Shown one piece after another: positions 11,094-24,827 of a DNA stretch of 62,000 nt. Source of the DNA: Wallemia ichthyophaga EXF-994 (lineage: Eukaryota > Fungi > Basidiomycota); NCBI RefSeq assembly GCF_000400465.1, contig NW_008806285.1, forward strand, positions 144,001 through 206,000, read 5' to 3'. The position numbers and the translations under genes are program-made. The notes under the pieces are model-generated. The model was not told the origin of the DNA, searched no databases, and saw only the letters and a program-made list of their open reading frames with translations. Within the stretch, counting starts at the first letter, position 1; each line of letters starts with the position of its first letter.

Positions 11094-13338
11094 TCAAGTG
11101 AAAGAATAGATACGTATATCGCGGTCATCTCCCGCGGTGACGATCTTATCTCCGCTGAGCTGCACAGCGGTGACAGCGCCCGCGTGGCCGACCAACGTTG
11201 CCAAGCATCTCCCAGTATCTGTATCCCACACCTTGACAGTACGATCGTGAGACGTGGAGACGATACGCAATCGATCAGCGTCGATGGACCAGATCCCTTT
11301 GATGAGTGTGAGTGAAAGTATAAGAAAGCGCCTTAGAATATCCCCACGCACCCTCTATATGACCGAATAGCGTGCGTGCACACCGCCCAGTATTCACATC
11401 CCATACTTTGACCGTGTTATCGAGTGCGCCGCTTACCAGCATCGGCACTGTTTCGTGAGATGCAGAAGTATCGCCGAGTATCTTGTCTACACTGCTCTGG
11501 CTCGACTCGACGAGGTTGTTGGTATTGTGAGAAGCAGACGGACCTTGTGCACCGCGATTAATATTCCCACCACTACCACCAACACCATTACTACTGTCGA
11601 GCACGCGCTGCAGTTTCGGCGCTCCACCTTCCTCATGCTCCGTCTGCGCCACCTCGAGCGTCTTGGAATCAACAAGTATCATCTTGATGTCTTGTACCTG
11701 CCCAACATGGCTGTCGAAGCTTCTGATGCACTCGCGGCTGCCAAGGCTCCACATTTTGATGGATCCGTCATCCGATGCGCTGAAGAGGATTTTCTGCGCC
11801 TCGCGGAGCTGTTCCGAGCCTGAAATTGAGCTGGAACTGGACACCATCCCATCCCAGATCTGCACGCTATTAACCCAATCGCGGTGCCCGCGCAGTGTGA
11901 AGCACTCAGCAGTCTTGAATCGCCAAACTTTCACAGTAGCATCCGCGGACCCCGAAGCAAGAACAGTTTTATCGAAATCGAGACAAACTACTCCCTCTCT
12001 ATGACCTTCTAAAGTACGTATACACTCTCCATTCCTCCAATTCCATATTTTGAGCGTCCTGTCCATACTCCCCGTTATCAACTTAGCTTCGTCGAATTTG
12101 AGTGTGCGTATACCGCGCGTATGTCCGCGCAGCACGCCTACCTGTGCACCTGTATCGAGATTCCACACGCGCGCTGTGCGGTCGTATGAGCCTGTGATAA
12201 GTGTCGGGGCGGGGTGAGCATGTTCGTCAAACTGCAGACACATCACTCCCTCAGTGTGACCGGAAAGTGTTTGCACCGTGTGTGTGCCCCGACGCCAATT
12301 GCGCTCAATCAGTAGTCGCTCCGTGTAAACCGCTTTCCAAGGTCGCGTCAGTGGCTTGCATGTGCCACCGACCCCGCTGCTGCTGCTCGGACTAACTGTC
12401 ATATTCGACGCTTTCTGCCGGATGGTATTCATCGGCGATGCTGAGCGCGATGGTGAGAGTGTGGGTGAGATTGAAGTGGAGTGCGTCGGCGATGTACGCG
12501 CTGATCTGTGTCGCTTTACGGGTCGGTCATCGACGTCCATGGTGTTGATTGTGTCTATTGTGTCAAATGGGTTTGGGGTGGCTGATGTGGCTGATGCACC
12601 CGGTGCACCCCCTGTACCATCATGCATCGCCAAATGGGCCGTGTGGCTCGCTAGTAAAGCTCTCTTGGCACTACCCACCTTGGTACTTGGCTCCTTCTGC
12701 AATTTGCGTCTCTTCTCGAGGAGAGGTAACCCCCAACCGCACTTCTCGCACTTGCGCTCGATATGCTGCTCACACATGTTACGCCAGAGGAGATCGTCAT
12801 CTGCGAGGTTCTTCCAGCTGCGACTGACTTGTGCAGCTCTAGCGAGGGAAATAGCGTCTAGATAGCCCATAATTTTGAGATTGAGTTCTCGTGGAAGGAG
12901 CATGAAAGGGTCAATTCTAATAAGATTGCCTAGCTCCTCGTAGAGATAGCTGAGTTGAGAGAAACAGCATGTTTGGAGGATACCTTTGAGGATGAGCACG
13001 CGGAGAGGACTGCTGGCTGCAGAAAACGAGGACCATATGGAAGTGACGGCTGAGCGCTGGTTTAGGGGTAGCTCATCGAGTGCTTGCTGTAGCTCAGCCG
13101 ATGCGCCCTCATCAGCCATATTCTTGTGGCGCAAACAGAGAGTCCTGCTGTCCTCCTCGCCAACAACGTTATCCTCTTCAGATCTCAGCCTGCCTTTGCC
13201 CTTATCCTGGGTATAAGAGTGGGAGTATTCGCTGTAGTCGTCATCGCACGCTTTCCTAGAAGACGAGAGAGATCTGGAGAGATCAGAGTGGGAGATGGCA
13301 ATATCAGAATTTGATTTCTTAATTTCTTCAGTGCCCAT
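11094..13338 (-). CDS. MET30: F-box/WD40 SCF substrate receptor of sulfur regulation (Met30/SCON-2/SconB)
   Basis: CCFSQLSYL D-domain, F-box LPRELNLKIMGYLD, family-specific MCEQHIERKCEKCGWGLPLL, multiple GH...WD repeats. Confidence 0.92.
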
Positions 13339-13434
13339 TAAACGGGTTTTGAGAGATGATGACTGTGAGGAACAGAGATGCGTGATGCGAGTGGCGCAAC
13401 AGACGAGATAAGCCCAAGAAAATATTCATTTATT

Positions 13435-14471
13435 CTAAGCAAGTACAACAGCCAATCCAACCAACGCTAATAATCCGGTTGACAAAACAGCTCTGGTTGA
13501 AGATGAGTCAGGGTCGGTGTTTTGTGCGCTGGTGTTGTCATCGTTGTCGTCGTTGTCGTCGTTGTCGTTTTCGTTGTCGTTGTCGCTGTTACCGCCACTG
13601 CCTGCAACGACTGAGCTTGGTGTGGCAGAGACAGACGCGGTGTTGACAGTTGAAGTAGGCTTAGCAGACACAGTGCTATCGCCAACCTCACAGATAAAGT
13701 AAGTCGCAGCGACAATCTTTGAGTTAGTGGAATCAATGTAGTCGGCAATGTTCATTTTACCGAGTGGAGTCTGGCTATCTAAGCCGTCTGGGGCCTGGAA
13801 GTCTTGTGGCTGCTTCAATAACAAAAATTGGTATCTGTGTGGACCACTGCCTCTTGCTGGGCCTGGACCTGTGTAGCTGGTGATAACCTTACCAGAGTCA
13901 CCGTCGTGGATTGCAACTCCATTGTCCGAGTCTGAGTCGTCGCTGTCGTCGCCATCACCGCCAACTGAAATGTTGTTCTCAAGGAAATGGCGTGTTTGGC
14001 CTGTAAATAGAATAAGCGTGGATCATCAAAGTGCTCAAATACACACCTTCTGATTGGTCTGCACCGTTGTAGTCTGCATCGATCAGTGCTAAAGTGTATT
14101 GTCCGTCAAGTGTAGCGTTTTCAGATGGGAGGTATCTAAACTCTGGCTTCTCTTGAACGGCTGTGGAGCGCGTGAGTATTTTAACTCCAAACTACCCCAA
14201 ACGCACCGTCCTTTGACAGACGCTGGCCCAAGCTCAGTGGCTCATCTTGGTTATCAAACTTGACCCAGAGAAGTCCTTGGAGATTGTTGAAATCCTCTGA
14301 CTGGAACTCATCCCCAATCAGTCCTGCTGCATTGAAGTCTGCCTGTATGTGTGTTAGTTGTGCCCATCAATAGCTAACTCGACCCACCTTTACTACTGCG
14401 AGTCTGCCTTCATCAACAGCGGCAACGGAAACACCTGCCAAAGCAGCGAGTAATAAAGATTTAATCAACAT
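13435..14471 (-). CDS. PEBP/RKIP-family protein with signal peptide and putative GPI-anchor signal
   Basis: MLIKSLLLAALAGVSVA signal; YTLALIDAD...TRHFL and YTGPGPARGSGPHRYQFLL PEBP motifs; S/T/D/N-rich stalk; hydrophobic C-terminus. Confidence 0.85.
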
Positions 14472-14549
14472 TTTTAGATGATAGTTGTTCTGGTTTAAGA
14501 GGGTTCCTCAGCCTTCTGGGCCTTCTCCGCCTTCTTCAAACATCTTCAA

Positions 14550-16061
14550 ATGTCCGAATTCAAAGAGCTTGTGGAATTTCTTAGGAATGATAATCCAACT
14601 ATCAGGCAGATTGCCATACAGCACCTCGCGGGTTTCACGACCAATCAGAAGCAGCTATTCGACAACGACGCCATCTCCCAGGTAAAGCTGTCGTGCAGAG
14701 ATAAGCCTGTAAGTGGGCTGTAGATGCTTAGTCATTGCTCACCAGGCCTATCACGCTCAAGGCTATTGCTCACGACGCTTTCTCCATCCTCGTGAACCTC
14801 TCCGACTCTGTTCTCAGCTCAAATGCCATCGCTACCAAAGAATTCCTCCTTTTCCTTACCAGCTACATCTCCAATCCATCAGCTCTATTAGCTGATCTAG
14901 CCTGTATGCTTCTCTCTAACCTCAGCAAGCTCCCAAATCTCATGCATGCGCTATGCTCTCAGCAAATCCCAATTAGTCTCCACGACGGAAATGTTTCTTA
15001 TATTGCGTCTAAGAGCGATTCTTCAAGCGTACAGATGGATGGTCTTCAAACCACCGTAAAAGCTCTTCCCTGTCTCGTTGAGGCTTTTGTCCAGGGCGCT
15101 AACAAACCCGAGACGGCTGTTGAGAGTGCTGAGGCTGATGCACAGCGTAAATCTAATTGCCACTTCTTAGGCTCCGTATTCGCCAACATCACCACTACTC
15201 AACCTGGCAGAGACTTTTTCACATCTCCTTCACTTTCATTCGACTCCCTTGCCAACCAAAAGTCTGCCAAGGAGTATCCACTTGCCAAGCTCACTGCTTT
15301 CACAGAGCACCCAAGCAATATCAGAAGACACGGTGTAGCTGCTGCTCTCAAGTGAGTTGCTTTGGCTTGATATCATCACCTCACCTCACCCACTTAGGAA
15401 CTCGACTTTCGTTAAGGACGCACACAGGGCACTACTTGCACAAGACTCAGAAATTGTTGGCGAGTGCAACGGCGTTAATATGCTTCCATATGTCCTCTTG
15501 CCCTTGTGTGGTCCTGAAGAATTCGATATCGAGGTGCGTTGTTTCTTGGCATTTCATCTTATTCTCACATTCCACCGCACATAGGAACAAGAGGCTCTGC
15601 CGGAAGTTTGCCAATTACTCCCTCCAACAAAACAGCGCGAAGTGGATCCTAGCATCCGCAAGACACACATTGAGACACTCTTGCTACTCTGCACCACACT
15701 CCACGGAAGGGAGTACCTCAGGAGCAGGAACACTTACGTTGTCATCAAGGCTGCCCATGCCGATGAAAAGGACCAGCAGGTATGCTCGACTTTTTTTTTA
15801 AAAAAAATACTTGGTGCCTAATCAACTATCTACAGGTCACCGATGAAATGATCAAGGTGGGAACGTAGCGTTAATATAGAGCAATCTAACTCGCTGCACA
15901 GCTCGTCAACCTCATCATGAGAGAAGAGGGCCAAGAGTGAGTATGTTCCTCGCTGCGTCATCACCCGCTGACAATTGCGATTGCACAGAACAAAGATACA
16001 GGAGCTCTCAAAAAAAGAATCTGAGCTGATAGACGAGGACATGACAATCGAGGAGGTTTAA
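14550..16061 (+). CDS. HGH1: Hgh1 eEF2 chaperone (ARM-like, DUF383/384)
   Basis: ELVEFLRNDNPTIRQIA, CMLLSNLSK, HFLGSVFANIT, FTEHPSNIRRHGVAAALKN, LPYVLLPLCGPEEF, ETLLLLCTT; many short introns. Confidence 0.9.
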
Positions 16062-16132
16062 ACTATTTAAATTCACATGCATATTTATATTTAGAACGCA
16101 AACGTTGGCTTAGTCAAGTACAATCAACTCAT

Positions 16133-19100
16133 ATGTCCAAAACGCCACCGAACATAGCTGTAATACCTAACGAGACGCCGAAAGCGAAAAAGAAGAACCC
16201 CATCAAGGCTATACGCTCTTTTGTGAGCAGGAACAACGCCGTGAAGCCAGAGAGCTTCAGACCACACGCCGACGAGATACCGTTTGCTTCTCTGCGAGTG
16301 CAAGTGCTTAATGCCAAAGATCTCGCAAGCAGAGACCGCAATGGACTGAGTGATCCGTTCATTGATATCAACTACGGCCTACTGCGCTTATCTACACCCT
16401 GCGTCAAGAAAACTGTAAATCCTTCATGGGATTCGAATGACGCGACGTTCGACATTAGTCTTTATAGATCTACAGTAGCAGATATTCTCCAGCTCGAATT
16501 CGTCTTGTGGGATAAGGATACTTTCGGCAAGGACTACCTTGGAGAATGCTGTGTCTATCTCGATGACTGGTTCCCAAAATTATATCCAAATCTCTCTACT
16601 AGAGCTGTTGAGTGGTCTGACCATCAGAATAATGTGCGTCGTCGGCTCTTTTCGGCGAACATTCATCCGTCGCTCCGGGTTTTGCTCTTTTACTAACTAA
16701 TGGCGTAGGTGCGCACCCTCAGTATCGAGTCGGCGAGGAAACACAACAGCGTCAGTGGCGTCCTCAATGTCAGATTCGGTCTCATTCAACACGTCGCATC
16801 CCCCGTTGTCGATTTGGCGAGTGAATTTGAGGATATTCTCGCGAAAGTTCGCAAATCTGTTGATTGCGGTTTATTGTCCGCTCCTCCTGTGGGTATTTTG
16901 GTGGTGTATGTACATGATGATGCTCACCTAAATGCAACACACAGGTCGCTTCAATAGGCACTCGTCTCATCAGCTCCAATTCCCTCTCGCAGCAAGTGAG
17001 CAACGACTCAACGCGCACCGTTGTCGCCTCAGGTTCAGGTAGCGAAGATATCCCATCTTATGCCCTCACCAGATCTACAACTGGAGGGAACGATAGCATC
17101 GGTGACGAGTCGGACACTTTCGACGATTCTGATGTAGATATAACTATATCAGACGTCGAAGGCGATGAAGTGGAAAATGATGCCGAAGAGGTTAGGCACG
17201 CTGACGAGTCAAACGTACCCACACCGACAGTCGGGAAAAGTGAAACAGAATCATTCATAAAGGGGATCGAGTCGAGAAGAAGTGAATCACAACCAGAGCA
17301 CAGAACATCTTCAACCCTCTCCCCGAGAGATATACCACCATTTAGAAAAAAGTCATCCAAGCTTAAACGCATGATAACACCGTTATCATCGAGACAAAAT
17401 AGCAGAGAAAGTATACCACTCGCCATCACACCACAGGGTGATATATCTGAACCTAATCTTTCTTCGCATTCGCCTATGTCTCTCAAATCTAAAAGAAGAA
17501 GGCCGAAGAAAGCGAGATCGAGTAGACCAAAAACTGGCGGGTTCAACTTGTACTCGGAAGATGCTTCCAATGTACTTGGTGTTGTGCTGTTAGAAGTCCG
17601 TCACGGTGAGGATTTGCCGAGAATGAAAAACTTGACTAGAACTGGATGGGATATGGACCCATTCGTCGTCATCAGTTTTGGCAAGAAGATATTTAGGACT
17701 AGGGTTATTCGGCACTCTCTAAACCCTACTTGGGACGAGCAGCTCTATTTCCATGTGCGTAACGGTGAAAGCAAATTTAATGTTGACTTCTCCGTCTTGG
17801 ATTGGGATAAACTCAGTGCGAACGATCATGTCGGAGAAGCTTCACTACCGCTCCAGGAACTAATATACAAAGCACCAAAAGCAGACGCCAGTACTGGATT
17901 GTTCAATACAGATGACTATGACGCGCATGGAATGGAGGATTACAAGCTAGATCTCAAGATAGATGAGAATTGGGAAGAAAAGCACCGACCAAATATACTC
18001 ATCAAAGCCAAATACCTGCCATACGCAGCGCTCAGACAAAGATTTTGGAGATCATACCTCGACCAATACGATACCGATGATACAGGAGCAATTGCACGTG
18101 TGGAGCTGACGATGATGCTTGACTCGCTTGGCTCGACACTCACATCACTCACTATCGACTCTTTCTTCACCAGATGGGACAAGGACCCGCGCAGTGACGA
18201 GCTTAGCTACGACCAGATCATACAGGTACTGGAGAATGAAACAAACAAACCAATTAACGAGAGGAGGTCACTTGATGCAGATGCTGACGAGACTGATGCT
18301 TCGGTGTCACCTGGCCCAACCACTCCAGCAGCATTGACGGCGTGCACTAACAGCAATGAAGCTCCTCTCGAATATACCGGACCTCTCGCGCGCCCGCCAA
18401 ATAACTCTCCTGATACCGTCGAAGAAAATAAGCGGGCATCTAAAGTAAAGAATGAAGGCGCGGGTAATGAGACTGATCCCTTGATTAGTGAAGAAACATC
18501 AAAGCTTAAAATTTCGACTGAATTTATCGACAGTTCAAAACTCTCCCCTCAAGGTGATTTCATGTCTTCGTCGTCGAGTATTTCTGGATACGATGCTAGC
18601 GATTTGGAAGATTCCACCGAGATTGAAAGAGATACTGCGAGCGACTACAGCAAGATGAAGTTAAGGATGGATGAGAGCCAGCACGAGAAAATTATTAACA
18701 TCAAAGTCTGCCCGCTCTGTCATAAGGGTAGATTGAACAGTAAAGCTGAAGTAGATATCGTTACACATCTGGCTATATGCGCGTCGACTGATTGGGGTAG
18801 ATTGAATAGAATAGCTGTGTCAAATTATGTCACGGCTTCTCAAGCTCAAAGGAAGTGGATTAGCAAGATCGCTTCAAAAATATCAACGGGATCTTACAAG
18901 CTAGGAGCTAATTCAGCAAATATACTTGTCCAAGATAGATTGTCAGGCAAGGTTCAAGAAGAGAAAATGCAGATATATGTGAGAATTGGTATTCGAATGC
19001 TTTACAAAGGAGCAAGATCAAAGATGGAAGGTAGTAGAGCTAGAAAATTACTCAAATCCATGTCAATAAAACAAGGTAAAAAGTATGATGACCCAGAATC

Positions 19101-19898
19101 AATTCGAGAGATACCCAACTTTATCCAATTCCATAATCTGCGAATGGACGAAGTGCTTGAGCCAGTCACAGCATTCAAAACATTTAACCAATTCTTTTAT
19201 AGAAAGTTGAAGGCTGATGCGAGGCCAGTAGAGAAACCAGAAGATGGATCGAGGTTGGTTAGTGCAGCTGACTGTAGAATGGTTGTGTTTGATGACTTTG
19301 ATGTTGCAACCAAGGTCTGGATAAAGGGTAGAGGATTTACAGTCGCCAAATTGCTCGGCGAGAAGGTATCTAAGGAGGATTGGTGTGCAGCACTGATTGA
19401 CAAGGAGCAATTGCCAAGTCTGTGTGTGTTCAGACTTGCTCCTCAAGACTATCACCGCTTTCACTCACCTGTTGATGGAGTTATGGGAGAGATTACGACG
19501 ATTGAGGGAGAATACTACACTGTCAACCCACAAGCTGTGAGATCGTCGATTTCTGTCTTTTCTGATAATGTGAGTGATGAAATTGAGTGGTTTAAAGCGG
19601 CTAATCACATACACAGGTACGCGTAATTGTGCCAATTCATACGGAACGCTACGGGACTGTAGTGGCAGTCTGTATCGGAGCCATGATGGTAGGTTCAACG
19701 ATACTGACGAAAAAGGAGGGCGAGAGAGTGAACAGAGGTGAAGAATTTGGATACTTTGCTTTCGGAGGATCGACAATTGTGTGCCTCTTTCCGTCAGGAG
19801 TTGTTTCATGGGATGATGACGTCAAGGAGAACAGCAGCGCAGCTATCGAAACGCTGGTGCGAGTTGGTATGGGTATTGGTTCGTTGAATGAACATTAG
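16133..19898 (+). CDS. PSD2: Phosphatidylserine decarboxylase 2 (two C2 domains, EF-hand-like region)
   Basis: C2 motifs (DRNGLSDPF, WDMDPFVV), FNQFFYRKLK, RLAPQDYHRFH, autocleavage motif FGGSTIV. Confidence 0.95.
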
Positions 19899-20119
19899 TT
19901 GTACAATCATTCACAGAGATATTTGAGTGGATTTGAGTGAATGAAAAATGGCACGCAAAATTACAGCGGATGATTGAGTAAAAGGGATGTAAGAAAGTAA
20001 TCGGAGTAATTGAATGTGATTAAATAAACAAAGACTCGTTGACGGAATTTATAAATTTACTTCTTCGTGTCCACTGTAAGCTTCTTGAAACGCAACGTCA
20101 GTGTCTGCAGACGATCTCG

Positions 20120-22084
20120 ATGGCTTTAAATTACCAACAGCTGGGGGAACGTCCGCAGGATATTCAGCAGTTGCAACAAGCCCAAGCTAGACGTTCTCCT
20201 CGTATGGCTGCTGCATTGCTTCAACAGAGGCGAAGTGCCGCTATGGGTCAGCCGACGCCGACTCCGAGTTTGGGGATAAATGCGTTTGAAGGGGGCAATA
20301 ATTCACCTGGCAGCTTCGATTGGAATCCTCAAATTCAATTTGGTACGTCTATTCACTCTTGTTTACTTGAAATTCCGGTGCTGATCTGATAATTTACAAG
20401 ACCCAAATCGCGAGCAGCAAATGCAGCAGCAGCGTCTAGCACAGTATCAACTTCAGCAGCATTTCTTGCAACAGCAGCAAATGCAGCAGCTTCAGAAGCA
20501 GCAGATGGCTCTCCACCAGCACCAGCAACAGCAACAGCATCATTATCAGCAGCAACAACAGCAACAACAGCAACAACAACAGCAGCAGATGCACTTTAAT
20601 AGCATGCAGCAGCAGCGTCCGTCACCTATAATAGGTCACTACCCACAGAGGCCATCGACCAGTGACGGCATGGGCCAATTAAATGACACTCAAGCAAACG
20701 CTGCTATGAATGGTATTGGCGGTATTAATAGCATGAGCGCTGCATCGGATGCACTTAATTTACAGTTGAACGGCAGTCAGCATCCTTCCCCGGCTCATCC
20801 GCCTAAAGCTATTCCTACGCCACAGCCAATGTCTACACCACAGCCCGTCCCAACGCCTCCTCATTCTATAGGCACTCCTCAACCACAGACGCGTCCACAC
20901 TCACTACCTCACCCTCAACTACATCATCCAAACGCTCAGGTACATCCCTACTCAGCTCAGATTCAGGCTTTGCAAGCTGCGCAGGCTGCACAGGTATCTC
21001 AGCATGCCCAGGCTCAACAACAGCAACTCCAGCAACAGCAAATACATCCACAACATCCACATCAACATTCAATACGGCCACCAATGGGAAACATGCCTGA
21101 GGGTATACCGCCGCAATTAGCGTGAGTTCAGAAGTCTGGTGAGCTCAATGGACTGACGTATTCAATCGCAGTAGAATGCCAAACCATTCAGCAGCAGTAG
21201 CAGCAGCAGCAGCAGCCCCACGTGCACACGCTGGTACACTCAGATTGTTACAGTATATCGAACACTTCAGGCGACACATAAGCCTAGTGCATGGAGGGAA
21301 TAACCAGCACAAGGGAATGGGGGAGCAGCTGAGTGCAACGCAATGGCAAAACTTTGTACAGGAGTTCTTTATGCCATCCGCGATGCTCAGACTTAACTTC
21401 AAGAAGCTTGACGGAGGATATATGAATCAGAACCCACAAGATATGAGACAGACACGACATTTCGACCTACCATTTACGACACTACCGAGATATCATGCAG
21501 CATGGTCGCACAGCCAAGTAGCGGGGATAACAATGTCAACACCGGGTGCGCATGAGAGTGTTTATCACACATCGGGACCGACAGCTCAAGGGTTAAGAGG
21601 ACCAAACGGAGAAATTTTGCCCTCTTCAATGACGACAATAGCTACACACCTCGTACAAGCACCACGAGCGATGGTGTTGTACACATTCTCTAATGGAACA
21701 TCAATTAGAATGATAGGACACTTGCGAGCTGCGCTGACGGCATCATTACCACCACAAAACGGAGGCGGTCAACACGCACTAAAGTTTGAAACGCTAGAAT
21801 TTGACGTAGAAGCGTGCATAGAATCATTAGACAGATCGGCAATACAGTACAGAGCTGGAGATGATATACCGAAGCTGCCGGAGTGCGTGGTGAACGACTA
21901 CGGGCTTCCAGTGAGCGTGATGAAGTGCTTGGAAATCGTAGAATCTGTGGTGCAGATGCAAGATGTAATGAATTTCAGTCTGAGGAATAACTGTGGACCA
22001 GCGGAGGCGTTGAAGGAAATAAACAAAATCAAAGATACCAATTTGAAGAAAAGAAAGCTTGAAGCTGGACAAAGCCCTTTATGA
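20120..22084 (+). CDS. Q-rich transcriptional coregulator with LIM-domain-binding domain (Adn1/Mfg1/PtaB/SEUSS family)
   Basis: PolyQ N-terminus; LRLLQYIEH...WQNFVQEFFMPSA...DLPFTTLPRY...YGLPVSVMKCLEIVESVVQMQDVM matches LDB-domain layout. Confidence 0.8.
20421..20590 (+). repeat. CAG/CAA polyglutamine-coding repeat
   Basis: Dense cag/caa runs seen directly. Confidence 0.9.
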
Positions 22085-22176
22085 GATTATAAATTTTGTA
22101 GTTATAAATTTATATGTTGTATTCCTGCGATACACGCAAACGCTGACGCCGACGATCAACAGCACAATAGACTAAG

Positions 22177-23959
22177 ATGGCGAGCGAGCTTAACCAGGAG
22201 ATTGAATACGTTCCACCACCCTACTATAATGAACAAAACTACGGTATGTTGATAGTACCGCCGTTTCACGCGTTTCCCGTCTCACTCCAACAAAGCATAC
22301 GAATACGATCCGAACGATATAAATATTGGACATTTATCGGTAAATGAGAATGTACAGCGAGCTCATTCACCAGCCTTGAACGGTTATACCAATCCAGACG
22401 CTGCGTCCATGTACTCGCAGAGCTCAGATCCACGTCTATCCCAGGGCGCTTTTCCCGCTTCGTTTAACCCCATGTTCGTAGCTAGGCCACCGGAGCCTGA
22501 GTCTGCTGCCGATGACGGCAGGTCTATAAGGTCTTTCGATACAGCTTCAGTGAATAACCAGTTGCCCGTCGCGAACGCACCAATGGTGCCAAACTTTTAT
22601 GCAGGTGCTGCGCCTCAAATGATGCCTTACAGCGGCTATCCTCCCTTTTATTCAAATCCTGATAATGTTTATACCTCCCCTCATCCGCAGATGTACTCGT
22701 CGATACCACCTGGATACAACATTCCTCCCCCGCCACCAATGCAGACTAGCCAGAACAGGTCAAAGACGTCGTTGAGCAGTCTAAGGACTCCTACGCTACC
22801 TACGAGGCAGCCAAAAACTCAAGTTAAGAATGAAATGCCTTACAATCGGGCCTTTGTCGATGATTACAGGACTAGAGTTAAGGGCGATCCTGATCCAGAG
22901 GCTCAGTTTGCTTATGCGAGATATTTAATTACTGCTGCTAAAAAGATTTACACGGACGAATCTCCAGCAAACCCCAAATCTGCTCATAAATACAGAGACT
23001 CGTTACTCGCAGAGTCCATCAAGGTTACAAAAAAACTAGCGACTCAACTAAAGCCAGGTTATGTCGAGGCTCAGTTCTTTCTTGCAAATTGCTTGGGTTC
23101 GGGGTCTTTAGGTTTGCAGACAGATCAGCAGAAGGCATATGATCTATATATAACTGCCGCCAAGAGGAACCACGGACCATCGACATACAGAGCTGCTGTG
23201 TGTAATGAACTAGGTGTTGGTACTAAGAAGGATGTAGCAAGGAGCTGTGAACTATACAGAAAAGCTGCGACTCTGGGTGAGACTGCCGCAATGTACAAAA
23301 TCGGTGTTATACTACTTAATGGGTTGTTGGGAGTGAATAGGAATGCAAAGGATGCTATTATTTGGTTCAACAGGGCTGCTCAGCAGGCTGACGAGGAAAA
23401 CCCACACGCCTTGCATGAATTAGCTTTGTTATATGAACATCCAGTTGCTGGTGCTTTGGTGCAAGATGATAATGTGGCATTTGATCTGTTCAGTCAAGCT
23501 GCACAGTATGGCTATGCACCAAGTCAGTTCAAGCTGGGTACTGCGTATGAGTACGGTAACTTGACATGCCCCGTTGATCCAAGAAGGTCGATTGCGTGGT
23601 ACACACGCGCTGCTGAAAAGGGCCATTCTGAAGCGGAGCTCGCGCTATCTGGTTGGTATTTGACGGGCTCTGAGGGTGTTCTCAAACAATCGGATGCTGA
23701 AGCTTTCCTTTGGGCCAGAAGAGCAGCCAATCAAGGACAAGCTAAGGCTGAGTATGCTGTTGGATACTACTCTGAAGTTGGCATTGGAGTGAAGCAGGAC
23801 TTAGAGTTGGCTAAGAAGTGGTACTTGAGAGCTTCACAGAAAGGCAATCAAAGAGCGTCACAAAGAATAGCTGAACTGAAGAGATTAGGAAATCAACGCA
23901 AAAATGGTAATAGACCTACACGCCAGCAAGCTAGAGATGAAGGATGCATAATAACGTAA
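22177..23959 (+). CDS. SKT5: Sel1-repeat chitin synthase activator (Chs4/Skt5)
   Basis: Tandem SEL1 repeats (EAQFFLA, AAMYKIG, APSQFKLGTAYEYG, EAELALSGWYLTG, KAEYAVGYY) and terminal CaaX CIIT. Confidence 0.9.
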
Positions 23960-24161
23960 TACAAGTTTCTTTACAATCATCGCAATACAAGTACAAGTAC
24001 ATTCAACATTAATACTCACATAGTCACTACATGACTTCATCACAATCATCATAGTCATTATTAAGCTAAGCTCAGCTCAGCTGCTCGTCATTCGTTTTTG
24101 CTTCTTGGATAACATTTCTCATAGAGTGTTTGTACAACTATAAGTCATTCATAAAAGATGT

Positions 24162-24815
24162 TCAAACCTTCTCAGCAGCCCAGACGCCAAACTTGCAAGC
24201 AGAACCTATAGCAGCGCTGAGGAGGGCGTGTGCTGGAGCCTGCTGTGCGCCGTGGTCAACGGCGGTGTCTAGGTGTTCGAGCTCATCATCTCTGAACTGC
24301 TCACACGTCTCCCTAAGCTTGACAAGATCTGGATGGAGATGCTCGAACTTTTTGAGCTGAATAATTTGACTGTGCGAGTGATTATGAGTTGTGATATCAT
24401 CGACTGGCAGGCACACTCACTCATCATAGTGCTCACCGATAACAGTCTCAACAGCCTCCGTGCAAGCCATAGCAGACTCCTTTCCCATGGCCGTTGTAGA
24501 CGCGCCCATAAACCAACCAGCAGCAACCCAAACAGGTGACAACATGGTCGGCCGCACCTGGAAATTCTCGAGAAGCTGGTTGAATGTTTTCAAGTGATGT
24601 TTCTCCTGATCCCACATGTTTTGTACTAGCTCAATTTCGCCTGCTCGCTCTACGCCGCCCTTCTTGGTGGCGTACATCTGCCCTGCATAGATCCAATTCG
24701 CACCGAGCTCGCCAGCGTGGTCGACGCGTATCAATCTGTCTATAACGTCTCTTTGAGAGGCAGATAAATTAATATTTTTGTACGTATTCAATAGCCTCAG
24801 CGAGCTTCTTAGCAT
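24162..24815 (-). CDS. COQ7: Demethoxyubiquinone hydroxylase
   Basis: IRVDHAGELGANWIYAGQ, QEKHH, CTEAVETVIGEHY, RDDELEHLD di-iron motifs; one intron. Confidence 0.96.
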
Positions 24816-24827
24816 TGTGCAGTGAGG

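Noticed and set aside
15790-15810. Poly-T/poly-A inverted homopolymer
   Set aside because: Short, inside an HGH1 intron, no other element features
20421-20590. Repeat array as possible CRISPR or satellite
   Set aside because: CAG/CAA polyQ coding tract with no repeat-spacer structure
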